64,000 nucleotides of DNA from Patescibacteria group bacterium (GTDB lineage: Bacteria > Patescibacteriota > Minisyncoccia > UBA6257 > GWB1-50-10), in NCBI GenBank assembly GCA_038065455.1, contig JBBTQX010000003.1, positions 1 through 64,000 of the forward strand, given 5' to 3'. The first letter of the stretch is position 1. Every line of letters begins with the position of its first letter. The notes below the pieces were generated by a model. That model did no database searches, had not been told where the DNA came from, and saw only the letters and a program-made list of their open reading frames with translations. The translations under genes were made by a program, and so were the position numbers. Shown in pieces: positions 54,221-63,854 of the stretch.

Positions 54221-55318
54221 TCAATCGGCTTTGAATTTTAAATCTTCAGTCAAAAAATAATTCGGATCGGGCGAAAATGACCGCTTTCCTCGGAATATTC
54301 CCGAAAAACGCCCGACAATCTTCAGAAACGCGTACGGTACGATGCTTATCATGATAAGCCATTTTTCTTTCTTTGAATAATCTTTGAAATATTCCTTCAC
54401 CTTTTCAAAATAGCCGCCGGCATCCGCTCCTCCAAAACGGCTGGAGAAAAAAATTAAAATGGCGTTTGAGATAATCGTCAGCCCGCCGAAAAATCGCAGC
54501 CGATTGTGATGCTTTTCGAATCCGTGGCTCCCGTAAAAAGATTCGTAAGCCCGGCGAAGCGCGATTGTATAGCGGAGCTGGCCCTCCCGAGTTTCAAAGG
54601 ATTCTCCCTCAAGGCCCACGTGATCCTTGCCGTGGACGGTCTTTACGTAAGCGGCTTTCTTCGTGACAAAAATAGCCGGGTACTTGGCGAGAATTTCAAG
54701 AAATATGGGCATATCAAACGGCTCCCGTCTCTCTCCTCTTTGAAACATGTTCACGGGATTATCCAAAACTTTCTTCAATCCGACAATGGAATCCTCCCGG
54801 CGCAAAAAAGAGATGAATCCGGCACCGCCCGCCTTGCCCAAATAGATATTGCTGAAAAACCAATCCGCCGAATACTTGCCCGGCCTCATCAGCACCTCGT
54901 CCGAAAATTCCAATTTGCCGCTCTCTTTATCCAGTTCGAATGTGATTATGTTGGTGATTATGGCGGCCGCATCCGGATGCAATACAAAGCTTTTCACGCC
55001 TTCCTCCACATAATTCTTCGAAAGCCAATCATCGCTCCCCAATGCCTGCATATAAAAACCCGAGGCATATTCGGCGCACTTCAAAAAATTATTTCCGCTT
55101 CCGATATTCGTTTCATTCCGGAAATACTTCACGCGCGGGTCCCGCTTCGCGTATTTCATAACCACTTCGCGCGTATCATCCGTTGAGGCATTATCAACCA
55201 CGATTATCTCTATATTCCCGTAAGTTTGGTGGATGGCGCTCTCTATCGTACGCCAAACCGAATGAGCGCGATTGAAAGTCGGTATGCAGATACTTACCAA
55301 AGGGTTCTTTTCGTCCAT
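54221..55318 (-). CDS. GT2 glycosyltransferase
   Basis: VSICIPTFNR, VVDNASTD and SDD. Confidence 0.9.
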   Translation of the reverse strand: MDEKNPLVSICIPTFNRAHSVWRTIESAIHQTYGNIEIIVVDNASTDDTREVVMKYAKRDPRVKYFRNETNIGSGNNFLKCAEYASGFYMQALGSDDWLSKNYVEEGVKSFVLHPDAAAIITNIITFELDKESGKLEFSDEVLMRPGKYSADWFFSNIYLGKAGGAGFISFLRREDSIVGLKKVLDNPVNMFQRGERREPFDMPIFLEILAKYPAIFVTKKAAYVKTVHGKDHVGLEGESFETREGQLRYTIALRRAYESFYGSHGFEKHHNRLRFFGGLTIISNAILIFFSSRFGGADAGGYFEKVKEYFKDYSKKEKWLIMISIVPYAFLKIVGRFSGIFRGKRSFSPDPNYFLTEDLKFKAD

Positions 55319-55321
55319 TTT

Positions 55322-56065
55322 CTATCTGATTCTTTTTAAGAATCCGTCATAAGCCACCGTAATGGCCAATTTGTTTTCCATGCTTTTATCGGGAATGAAG
55401 TTCTTGTGCATGCGCAAAAATTCCCGGGCCGCCGTCCACGGACTATTTCCCTTTCCCCAAGGGCGGTTTTTGATTATCCCTTTCGGCAGGAATTCGGCAA
55501 TAGTATCAAAGGCCACAATATAACTTCCCTTGGTCACAAGAGGAGAATAAAGTTCCAGTTCCTTGAGAACGTGGGCGTGGGAGTGATTGGAATCCAAAAA
55601 TACGATAATTTTCCTCTTGCCTCGAGCGAATTTTTTAACCTTATTCAAAATAACAGGGTCTACCGACGAGCCCTCAAGCATTGAAATCCGCTTGAACATC
55701 CTATGAGCTTCTATTTTTTGGCGGTTGTGTTCGCGAATATCGGTATCTATCCCCAAAACCTCTCCCTTGCCGCCGATGAGTTCCAATATGGAAGCGGAAA
55801 GAATGAGCGAGCCGCCGCGCGCGATACCCGTTTCAATCACCAAATCCGGCTTCACGTTCCAGATAAGCTCTTGGATGGCCATAATATCCTCCGGATATTG
55901 GATTATCGGCCTCCCCAGCCAATCAAAATTATAAGGATACCTGTCTTTCATTGCCTGGCTCGCGAAATCAAGCGCGAGTTTTTTGAGCCGCTTGTCGGAC
56001 CCGAGACGCTTGATATTGGCTTCCCGTTCTTTGGCAAATTCTTTTTCGTCATTTTTGAATTTCAC
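55322..56065 (-). CDS. CmcI-family methyltransferase (cephalosporin hydroxylase / rhamnosyl O-methyltransferase-like)
   Basis: WLGRPIIQYPED, KPDLVIETG.ARGGS and LDSNH.HAHV..EL. GTG start overlaps the upstream TGA. Confidence 0.9.
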   Translation of the reverse strand: MKFKNDEKEFAKEREANIKRLGSDKRLKKLALDFASQAMKDRYPYNFDWLGRPIIQYPEDIMAIQELIWNVKPDLVIETGIARGGSLILSASILELIGGKGEVLGIDTDIREHNRQKIEAHRMFKRISMLEGSSVDPVILNKVKKFARGKRKIIVFLDSNHSHAHVLKELELYSPLVTKGSYIVAFDTIAEFLPKGIIKNRPWGKGNSPWTAAREFLRMHKNFIPDKSMENKLAITVAYDGFLKRIR

Positions 56066-57015
56066 TTTTGTTTTTTCAGCATATCTATGACCTTTCCCTC
56101 GTCTATTTCGAAAATATCCGACACGGGCCGGAGCCAATCCTCGTTGGCAAGCTCCCGCCTTATCACCATCTTATTTTCAAGATTAACATTACCGCAGATT
56201 TCGGCAAGCAGGGAATCAGCCGGAATATTGGCGCTCTTGCTGTCATCTACAACAACTATCTTTTTGGTTTTTTTTACGCTTTCGACTATCGGAGACCAGT
56301 CGGTCGCGAGCGCCGAATTCACGTTGAAATGCGCGGCGTTTATCCCTTGTTCCTTAAGCACCGAATTCAATTTGTGTGTTTGGGGAAAAGAAAAGTTAAA
56401 AGATACCAGGGTTGCATCGTTGCCTTCCGAGTATTGGAATATCGTTCCATCGCCGAATATTTTGAGCGGCTCTCCAGGCTCGATAATATCCATCTTTCCC
56501 AATCTCTGGCTTACGCCGATAATCCGGAAACCGGGCTGAACAAGATGTTTGGAAAAAATGAAATCCGCATCGGCTTTGCTGGTAACCGCAAATCCCGGAA
56601 TTCTCGCGATGGAGCAAAAATCCGCGAAATTATTCAAGCTGGACTGAGGACCCTCATAGCCGCTATCGACGACCGTCGCCACTATCGTGAATGAACCGCC
56701 CTTCAACTGATGTTTCATGCTTCGAATGATATTATAGGTATTCGCAAGCTGGTCGATGCCCAACAGCAAGAAATCCATTTGTTTCATAAAAAATACGCCG
56801 GAGACGCCGTTCAGCATCAGGCCAAAACCGAAACCAACCAAACTATTCTCGGCATTCGTGGAATTGAAAATCCGGCCGCCGGGGTTAACCTTCATTCCCC
56901 GCGTGAGCCCTCCCAGACAGGAACCGGCATTGATATTCTGCCCAAAAAGCACCGCGTGTTCGGGCTTGGCAACTTCTTCCTTGATTAAGTTGTTCAAATA
57001 TTCAACGTATTTCAT
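56062..57015 (-). CDS. Transketolase-C / E1-beta-like subunit
   Basis: GQN, AENSLVG.G.GL...G, DFL.L.IDQL.N and GPQ; paired with an E1-alpha gene. Confidence 0.8.
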   Translation of the reverse strand: MKYVEYLNNLIKEEVAKPEHAVLFGQNINAGSCLGGLTRGMKVNPGGRIFNSTNAENSLVGFGFGLMLNGVSGVFFMKQMDFLLLGIDQLANTYNIIRSMKHQLKGGSFTIVATVVDSGYEGPQSSLNNFADFCSIARIPGFAVTSKADADFIFSKHLVQPGFRIIGVSQRLGKMDIIEPGEPLKIFGDGTIFQYSEGNDATLVSFNFSFPQTHKLNSVLKEQGINAAHFNVNSALATDWSPIVESVKKTKKIVVVDDSKSANIPADSLLAEICGNVNLENKMVIRRELANEDWLRPVSDIFEIDEGKVIDMLKKQK

Positions 57016-57910
57016 TTTGCAGTTCTTTCGTTATTTTTTCGGAAAGTTCGGCGAATTTTTCCCGGCCCATCTCTTCGCGCACGACGAAAACCGGGTCGTT
57101 TTCGTTTTCCTGGATGATTACCTTGGTCATGTCCACGGTCGGAGCCGGACCGGCATGATAATTGATGAATCTTCCGTCATCGGCTCTCCGGTCGCCCAAT
57201 GTCTTCACTGTCGCCTCAATGCATACAGGGCCGCCGCCCCTCAACGCTTCATTTTTCGCGCCTTGAAGCGTTTCAATATATTTATGGGCATGATTTCCCT
57301 CCATTTTAACATACGGAATATTGACCGAGCCGGCCATCTGCTTCAAATCGATAACGCATCTTCTTTCCGAAATACTGGTTCCCAAAGACCATTCGTTGTT
57401 TTCTATCACAAAAATCAGATTCAACCCCAATGTTTTTGCTAAAACCAGGCTTTCGTAAAAGCTTCCTTCTTCCATGGAACCATCCCCGCCCAAAACAAAA
57501 ACAGTGCTGTTTTTTCCTTTCACCTTGTCGGCCATACTGATGCCGGCGGAAACAGGAAAATTATTTCCCAAAATACTTGAGCTGTAAACGATTCCGCGCT
57601 CCGGATTAATGACATTCATCGAACCGAGTTTCCCTTCCGCGAGACCCGTCGGCAAGAGGAGATATTCGTCCAGTATCGGACGCAATTTTCCGAGCCGAGC
57701 CAGATTATAAGCCGCGTTCCGATGGGGTAATATCAGTTTGTCCCCGTCTTCAAGAACGTGATTCATAGCAACCGCGATTGCTTCGTGCCCCAAAGCCAAA
57801 TGAACCGGGATTTTGAATTTCCCGGCTTTATATTCCTCGTTTACGAGAAGTTGGCTGAGCCGCAGCCGCAAAATCTCCTCGGCTATTTTTTCATCGTTCG
57901 TTTCCATCAT
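57002..57910 (-). CDS. TPP-dependent dehydrogenase E1-alpha-like subunit
   Basis: HLALGHEA, HR, GSM and the TPP-binding GDG...ENN motif. Confidence 0.9.
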   Translation of the reverse strand: MMETNDEKIAEEILRLRLSQLLVNEEYKAGKFKIPVHLALGHEAIAVAMNHVLEDGDKLILPHRNAAYNLARLGKLRPILDEYLLLPTGLAEGKLGSMNVINPERGIVYSSSILGNNFPVSAGISMADKVKGKNSTVFVLGGDGSMEEGSFYESLVLAKTLGLNLIFVIENNEWSLGTSISERRCVIDLKQMAGSVNIPYVKMEGNHAHKYIETLQGAKNEALRGGGPVCIEATVKTLGDRRADDGRFINYHAGPAPTVDMTKVIIQENENDPVFVVREEMGREKFAELSEKITKELQNEIR

Positions 57911-58788
57911 ATGAATGGAAGCAGCATTTTAAGCCCCGTTTCCAAATCTATCTGAGGTTCCCATCCGATAAGCTCCTTCGCCCGCCTATTGGAAGGATTG
58001 CGCACGCTGACCTGCGCCGGATTGCTTTCGATAATATTAACCTTTTTTCCGAAAATCCGTTCGGCTGTTTCAATGACTTCCCTAAGGGTAACGACTTTAT
58101 TTCCGGAAAGATTGATGATATTGAAACCCGCAAGACCGATGGATTTTATTATTCCCCGGCAGATATCCGAGATATGGACGTAGCGCCGGCCGTTTTTCAA
58201 AGATCCGACCGTCACTTCCGGCTGGTTTTTGACCGCGCTTGAAATAGACTCTACCGCTCCCCAATTCGCTTTGCGTGGACCGTAAATGATTCCGAAACGA
58301 AGAATGGTTGTTGCCAAAAATCCCTGGCTGTAGCGCTGACGCAGGTTCGCCTCGGTGACAAGCTTCGAGAGGGCGTACTCCGAGGTGTGATTCACAATGT
58401 TTATAAGCGCGTCTTCATCCTTCTCCTCATCCCCCTCAAAACGGTCATAAACCCACTCGCTCGAAGAGAAGATAAGTTGCTTGGCGTTTTTTTTGACGGC
58501 TGCGTTCATCACATTCAGGCTTCCCATCACGTTGGCATCGAAACATTCGTAGGCCCGGCCGCGGCAGTCCGGATCGCGAGAAAGGGCCGCCAAATGGACG
58601 ATTGCGTCGACGCCCTCTGGCAGTTCGTCGGCGAATTGCGGCGTGCGGACGTCCGCCCGATGGAACTCATAATCAGTCGAGGGTTTTTCTACCAGATCGA
58701 ATCCGACAATTTCCGCCCCCGCCTGGCGCAATTGAGCGATGAGCTCACGGCCGATGAAACTTTCCGAACCGGTTATAACAATTTTCAT
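57907..58788 (-). CDS. NAD-dependent epimerase/dehydratase
   Basis: TGSESFIG, HLAA, YALSK and YGP. Confidence 0.88.
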   Translation of the reverse strand: MKIVITGSESFIGRELIAQLRQAGAEIVGFDLVEKPSTDYEFHRADVRTPQFADELPEGVDAIVHLAALSRDPDCRGRAYECFDANVMGSLNVMNAAVKKNAKQLIFSSSEWVYDRFEGDEEKDEDALINIVNHTSEYALSKLVTEANLRQRYSQGFLATTILRFGIIYGPRKANWGAVESISSAVKNQPEVTVGSLKNGRRYVHISDICRGIIKSIGLAGFNIINLSGNKVVTLREVIETAERIFGKKVNIIESNPAQVSVRNPSNRRAKELIGWEPQIDLETGLKMLLPFI

Positions 58789-59687
58789 ATCTGTTTTTTA
58801 CTGAAATACTCGACGGTTTTCTTCACTCCTTCGGAAATTCCTGTTTTAGGCTTCCAGCCGAGCTCTTTTTTTATTTTTGAGATATTAGCATAGAAACCCC
58901 GCGAACGCACTTTTTTAACGCTCCACTTCGGCGCGGGCAAATTTAAATTCTCATAAACCTCTTTCACTACTTCTGCCACGCTTGTGAGCCGGCCGGAACC
59001 GACGTTGTAGATTACGCTCGGTTTTTTGCTCTTTTCCAAAATTTTTACGAGTGCTTCGACGACGTCGTCAATATAGACGAAATCATTGGCGCCGGATTTA
59101 TTCTTCACTTCCGGCATAACTCCGTTCCCGAAGCTCCGCACCAAATGAGCGATAAGCGTCCGGGATTTTTGGCCGGGACCATAGGCGAAGAATAATCTGG
59201 GCCACAAGAACTGCATTTTATTCTGGAGAGCAATCTGCTCCCCCATCGCCTGAATCGTCCTTTTCGCGATGACAAAATCCAGAACATGGGCTGGCGGCAA
59301 AAGCGAAGCCGATTCTTTCAAAGAGCCTTTGCCATCGCCATATTCCCAACAACTCCCGACTGAAAGGAATTTTTTGCACCCAAGCTCGGCCGCCACAGAA
59401 ATCAAATTCAAACTATTCATCATATTTCCCAAGCTCACGCCAGCGGAAAAATCGTAATTCTCCAGCCCTTCCCAAGCCAAATGAATCACGGCGTCCGGCC
59501 GGAATTTTTTCAGCTTGTTTTTCCAACCGTTGATATTTTTCAAATCCCCTTTGATGGAAGAGGGCGACTTGCCGACCCTTCCGGACCTTTTTCTCGAAAG
59601 CAGAAGCAATTTATGCTTGCGCGTCAAAAGCTTCGGCACCAGATGCGAACCGATGAAACCGCTTCCGCCGGTGATGAAAATTTTCAT
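58785..59687 (-). CDS. NAD-dependent epimerase/4-reductase-like SDR
   Basis: TGGSGFIG, HLAW, GSCWEYG and YGPGQ. The catalytic YxxxK appears as FVIAK. Confidence 0.82.
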   Translation of the reverse strand: MKIFITGGSGFIGSHLVPKLLTRKHKLLLLSRKRSGRVGKSPSSIKGDLKNINGWKNKLKKFRPDAVIHLAWEGLENYDFSAGVSLGNMMNSLNLISVAAELGCKKFLSVGSCWEYGDGKGSLKESASLLPPAHVLDFVIAKRTIQAMGEQIALQNKMQFLWPRLFFAYGPGQKSRTLIAHLVRSFGNGVMPEVKNKSGANDFVYIDDVVEALVKILEKSKKPSVIYNVGSGRLTSVAEVVKEVYENLNLPAPKWSVKKVRSRGFYANISKIKKELGWKPKTGISEGVKKTVEYFSKKQI

Positions 59688-60892
59688 GAATTCAATAATG
59701 ATTTTACTGCGGTTTCCAATATCTCTCCAGTTTTCAAAATAATCGTTTTACATTCCGCCGCTTCGCCCGCCAGCCTGTCGCTTTCGGTATCCCCGATAAA
59801 GACGGATTTTGTCAGATTAAGCTTGTGTTCCCGGGCGGCTTGGAAAAACATTCCCGGCTTCGGCTTCCGACAAAGGCAATTATCGTCGTTTCCGTGAAAA
59901 CAATGGTAAATTCCCGCAATCTGTCCGCCGTGTTTTTCAATTTCGGCAGTCATTCTTATATGAATATCCTTCAAATCATCTTCCGTCATCAGCCCGCGCG
60001 ATATTCCCCGCTGGTTAGTAATGATATAAATTTCATAACCCGCTTTCGTAAGTGCCGTAAACGCATCCAATACTCCGGGCAAAAACTCAAATTCCTCCCA
60101 TTTTTTCACGTAATCATGCGGAGGCATCTGTTTGTTTATCACTCCGTCACGGTCAAGAAAAATGACTTTTTTGGATTTGAAAAATTCTTCAACGACCGGT
60201 ATCTGCCCCACTGTCGTAATCGCGTAATAAGGATGGTCGGTTACATAAGCCGCAAGGCTATTGTTTTGGATGAGTTTCGGAAGAATCGTGTGTTCAAAAG
60301 AAAAATTATCTTTCGGCATCATATCGATGATGTTTTTTTTCATCAAGAAAAATCCAATATCCACCGCATTCAAATTGGGGTCTTTGCTGAACGGGCCGTA
60401 ATAAGCAACATGCTCATCTTCTTGAACCCGAACATTGTTCTCCCGGCCATGTTCGGCATCACCGTTCACGTTGGAATAAGCCACGAGACTTCCAACAACA
60501 TTTTTCTCGCTATAAAATTCAACCAATTTTTTGAGATTTAACGGCCAATAATTATCGCTGTATAGGAGAAGAAATTCGTCCGCGAGAAGCGGTGCGGCGT
60601 TTCTAACCCGAGTACCGGTAAGATCATCCACGCTCCCGATGGAATATTTGATTGAAACACCAAATTTTTTGCCGTCGCTGAAATATTCCGTTATCTTCTC
60701 CGGCATATATCCCAAAAGTAGAACCACCTCTTTGATTCCATTCTCTTTCAATAGATTTATCAGATGTTCCAAAAACGGCTTACCATTAATCAATATCATC
60801 GGCTTCGGCCGATCGTTTGTAAGTGGTCTTAATCGTTCACCTTTTCCGCCGGCCAAAATAACGGCCTGAGTAATCGGTTTTATTTCACCCAT
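59684..60892 (-). CDS. Fusion of sugar-phosphate nucleotidyltransferase and GmhB-like HAD-IIIA phosphatase
   Basis: ILAGGKGERLRPLT..PKP in the N-half; FLDRDGVIN, TNQ, C.H...C.CRKPKPGM and IGD..SD in the C-half. Confidence 0.92.
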   Translation of the reverse strand: MGEIKPITQAVILAGGKGERLRPLTNDRPKPMILINGKPFLEHLINLLKENGIKEVVLLLGYMPEKITEYFSDGKKFGVSIKYSIGSVDDLTGTRVRNAAPLLADEFLLLYSDNYWPLNLKKLVEFYSEKNVVGSLVAYSNVNGDAEHGRENNVRVQEDEHVAYYGPFSKDPNLNAVDIGFFLMKKNIIDMMPKDNFSFEHTILPKLIQNNSLAAYVTDHPYYAITTVGQIPVVEEFFKSKKVIFLDRDGVINKQMPPHDYVKKWEEFEFLPGVLDAFTALTKAGYEIYIITNQRGISRGLMTEDDLKDIHIRMTAEIEKHGGQIAGIYHCFHGNDDNCLCRKPKPGMFFQAAREHKLNLTKSVFIGDTESDRLAGEAAECKTIILKTGEILETAVKSLLNS

Positions 60893-61914
60893 CTCAATCG
60901 TTCGTCAATCTCCTTTTTTTCCTGGAGGTATTGAATCTGTTTCAGCCGGTTGCACTCCCTCCCCCGGAAACGCTCTTCCGTGAAATTTATCTTTTTGAAA
61001 AACTCCGTCAATTCCTTGCCTCCCCTATCCAAATCCCATTCCGGCTTGTAGTAGTCCTTAAGCTCCGAGAGAATCCGCTTAAATGAAACGCGATAGGTTC
61101 GCGAGTCCTTGCCGTGCTCGCCGGTAAATGTGAGCGCGCTTCCGGGTACGGAACGCTGGGCGGCTTCGGCCAGATCGCGGACGGTATAGTTACCGTTCAG
61201 CACACCGACATTGAAAGATCGGCCGGCTACCAATTCCTTGGGCGCTTCCAAGCCCACTATGAACGCGCTGGAAACGTCCCTTACGTGCACCACTGGGCGC
61301 CAAGGCGTGCCGTCGCTCTTTACCTCCACCTTGCCGGTCGTATAGGCGGAGGCGACAAGATTATTGAAGACGATATCGCACCGGAGGCGCGGGCTCGCGC
61401 CGAAGACCGTGGAGGGCCGGAAACAGACGATCATAAAACCATCCGAATTCATCTTCTTTAAGGCCACTTCGGCATCCCACTTGGTCCGCGCATAGGCCGT
61501 AACACCGAATGGCCCCGCTTCGTCTTCCGCAAGTTCGTGGCTCGTATCCGCCACGCCATACATACTCTGCGAGGAGGCGTAAACGAAACGCTTCACGCCG
61601 GCGCGCTTGGCGCACTCCGCCAGTTTGAGCGTTCCCTCCAAATTTATCTCCTCCGTAATCCCAGGCGTGAGTTCACCCAACGGGTCGTTTGAGAGCGCCG
61701 CAAGGTGAATCACGGCATCAATACCGGCCAAATCTTCATCGGTAACATCGCGAGTATCCTTCGTTATTTGGCGTGCCAGGTTCTGAACCGAAACCAATGC
61801 ATTATCTTTGTAAAAGCCGGTATCGTAGCCAACGACATCATATCCTCGCTCGCAGAGGACTTCCGTTAGCACCGTTCCTATATACCCCCTGTTCCCTGTT
61901 ACGAGAATTGTCAT
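60880..61914 (-). CDS. NAD-dependent epimerase/dehydratase
   Basis: TGNRGYIG, HLAALSNDP, YARTK, SPRLR.D and DGTPWRP. Confidence 0.9.
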   Translation of the reverse strand: MTILVTGNRGYIGTVLTEVLCERGYDVVGYDTGFYKDNALVSVQNLARQITKDTRDVTDEDLAGIDAVIHLAALSNDPLGELTPGITEEINLEGTLKLAECAKRAGVKRFVYASSQSMYGVADTSHELAEDEAGPFGVTAYARTKWDAEVALKKMNSDGFMIVCFRPSTVFGASPRLRCDIVFNNLVASAYTTGKVEVKSDGTPWRPVVHVRDVSSAFIVGLEAPKELVAGRSFNVGVLNGNYTVRDLAEAAQRSVPGSALTFTGEHGKDSRTYRVSFKRILSELKDYYKPEWDLDRGGKELTEFFKKINFTEERFRGRECNRLKQIQYLQEKKEIDERLRWVK

Positions 61915-61969
61915 TTTATAAGATTAAAACTATTTAAGTTTAACCGATAAAAGTTAGAATGATAAGTGT

Positions 61970-62048
61970 TTGACATAAATCATATATATGCTATTATACT
62001 TTTCAGTTATTTAACAAAAAAGTATATTATCCAACAATGATAAGGAGA
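61970..62048 (+). promoter_or_regulatory. Sigma70 promoter and RBS
   Basis: TTGACA (61970), extended -10 TGcTATTAT (61989-61997) and TAAGGAGA (62041-62048). Confidence 0.65.
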
Positions 62049-62055
62049 CTTAGTT

Positions 62056-62325
62056 ATGGAAAAAGAGGAAAAATGGAAATTAGCGGGATTTTTAGGAACA
62101 TGGATAAGTATCATATCTTTTACCCCTCAAGTTTATTCCGTTTGGGTAAATCTGCCTAAACCAGCGACAGATATATCGCTCGGAATGTATATGATGCTCA
62201 GCCTTAGTAGTATTCTTTGGCTAATGTATGGATTAAAAAACAGGATAAAGCCAATCTGGCTTTCAAATTTATTCGTCCTCGTGTTTTCTCTGTCGATTAT
62301 AATTTATAAAACTATCTTCGGATAA
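62056..62325 (+). CDS. SemiSWEET / PQ-loop family transporter
   Basis: 89 aa, 3 TM, with SFTPQ, DIS, LWLMYG and PI.L.N. Confidence 0.88.
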   Translation: MEKEEKWKLAGFLGTWISIISFTPQVYSVWVNLPKPATDISLGMYMMLSLSSILWLMYGLKNRIKPIWLSNLFVLVFSLSIIIYKTIFG

Positions 62326-62330
62326 AATCA

Positions 62331-62367
62331 AATTCCCCATCTAAATAATTTAGATGGGAAATTTTTA
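62331..62367 (+). terminator. Intrinsic terminator
   Basis: AATTCCCCATCTAAA-TAA-TTTAGATGGGAAATT followed by Ts. Confidence 0.75.
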
Positions 62368-62449
62368 TTGCGGAATATCGCATCTTTCCAAAATACTCCG
62401 CGGGGAGATACGGAATTTTTATCAAAGATGGTATTTAAGAATCGAGATA

Positions 62450-63124
62450 TCAATACCGAGCCACTCTCTTATCTCGTTCATCCATGTATTTCAGAACCTC
62501 CGCTGCCGAAATGAGGTCGCCATTTTTATAATATTTTTCTATTTTTGCCAATTCGTTAGCCAGAAGCTCGCTCCGAGTCCCTTTCAAAATCCCCTGCGAG
62601 TGGGTGATGTGTTCTTCCCAGCTTTGGGGGATGCCAGGGAAACTATAGACTAATAAATTCGATTTTGATTTCACGACCGCGCTCACGACCGAGACGAAGG
62701 CCCTCAATTGATGGAGAGGTGGAGCGATGATAAAAACGCTTTTCCATCCATTATTCTTCGCATAGTCTACCAGTCCCCAAGCTTCGGCATCCGTACTCGG
62801 AGGAAACTTATCCGACGGCGGTACGCTGTAGATATCTTCTTTTTTCACGCCCATTTCCACCAGCTCGTTTCGCCAATTTTTGAAACCCGGATACCCGAAA
62901 CCCTCGGGCATCCCGCACAATCCCAGTTTTTTAACCGGGCCCAAGCTATACAAGAAACCGGCCGCTTTCAAGACCGATGACTGATTATCTTTTGTCTCGC
63001 CAAAGAGATAGGCGGCTTCAACCCTGCCGGATGTTGCTGAATCGCAAAGCACTCGGGTAATTAACTCGTCTAATTCCAGATAGGAGGATGTGATTGATTT
63101 GAAAATTTTTTTCTTTTTATCCAT
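62450..63124 (-). CDS. YdcF/DUF218-like protein
   Basis: T..EA...DYA...GW....IIAPPLHQLRAF pattern. Confidence 0.55.
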   Translation of the reverse strand: MDKKKKIFKSITSSYLELDELITRVLCDSATSGRVEAAYLFGETKDNQSSVLKAAGFLYSLGPVKKLGLCGMPEGFGYPGFKNWRNELVEMGVKKEDIYSVPPSDKFPPSTDAEAWGLVDYAKNNGWKSVFIIAPPLHQLRAFVSVVSAVVKSKSNLLVYSFPGIPQSWEEHITHSQGILKGTRSELLANELAKIEKYYKNGDLISAAEVLKYMDERDKRVARY

Positions 63125-63185
63125 AAAAGCTTATTTATTCATAATATCATTATTATCTTGAACAGGACACTGTTTTAACGAGTGT

Positions 63186-63214
63186 TTGACAGAATAACTA
63201 TTTAGTGCTATTCT
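63186..63214 (+). promoter_or_regulatory. Sigma70 promoter
   Basis: TTGACA-17bp-TATTCT with a TG extension. Confidence 0.7.
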
Positions 63215-63276
63215 TATACAAGATCTTACAAAAATTAAATAAAACCTCAAACCAAACACAGAAAGGAAAAGAAGCT

Positions 63277-63534
63277 ATGAACCAAACAATTCACGAATTC
63301 GATGAGTTCGGGTGCACTAATGGGCCAGATTGCGAACAGTGCAAACAGTTGGATATTGAGATATTAAGGTGGGAACAACGACATCCCACGAGAACAAAGC
63401 TGTTCAACGCACTGAAAATTATTGTTCCAGCCGTGGGGGTTACCTTTACATTCTTGTGCATGGCCGGGATGTACATATACGTAACCTGGTTATTAACATC
63501 CAAAACACTACAAATCCTAAGGGGTTTGTTCTAA
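63277..63534 (+). CDS. Small membrane protein with Cys-rich N-terminus
   Basis: MNQTIHEFDEFGCTNGPDCEQC plus one long TM; has its own promoter, an AAGGA RBS and a terminator. Confidence 0.6.
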   Translation: MNQTIHEFDEFGCTNGPDCEQCKQLDIEILRWEQRHPTRTKLFNALKIIVPAVGVTFTFLCMAGMYIYVTWLLTSKTLQILRGLF

Positions 63535-63554
63535 TTCAATTTCTTTTGGGTTAC

Positions 63555-63588
63555 TAGGGACTGGAAAACACTTCCAGTCCTATTTTTT
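63555..63588 (+). terminator. Intrinsic terminator
   Basis: GGACTGGAA-AACAC-TTCCAGTCC followed by TATTTTTT. Confidence 0.8.
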
Positions 63589-63608
63589 ATAGTTATTTTC
63601 GGGTATTC

Positions 63609-63854
63609 CTAGTTAATTGGCACAAGAGATAACGACTTTTTAAGATAGTATCTAGGGTTTTCAAACAATTTTTGGTATGGGAGCTTCATGCTCTTGAGCC
63701 AGGTGTGGGAGAGAAGGGAAAAGCGGATCCGACAACTGCGGCAATGATATCTTCCTTGTCTGGCGACGACCTTTCTCGTACTCCAACCCCGATATTTGAC
63801 CAGACGAACCGCTTCCATCCGGAGCTTGGGCATATGATGATTCTTTGTATACAT
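63609..63854 (-). pseudogene. Collapsed transposase remnant(s)
   Basis: HTH-like start (LRMEAVRLVKYRGWSTRKV) joined to an IS1595-like zinc-ribbon fragment (RYHCRSCRIRFSLLSHTWL). No catalytic DDE core. Confidence 0.55.

Noticed and set aside
56062-57910. Pyruvate dehydrogenase complex
   Set aside because: No E2 or E3, a divergent beta subunit, and the pair is embedded in a nucleotide-sugar operon.
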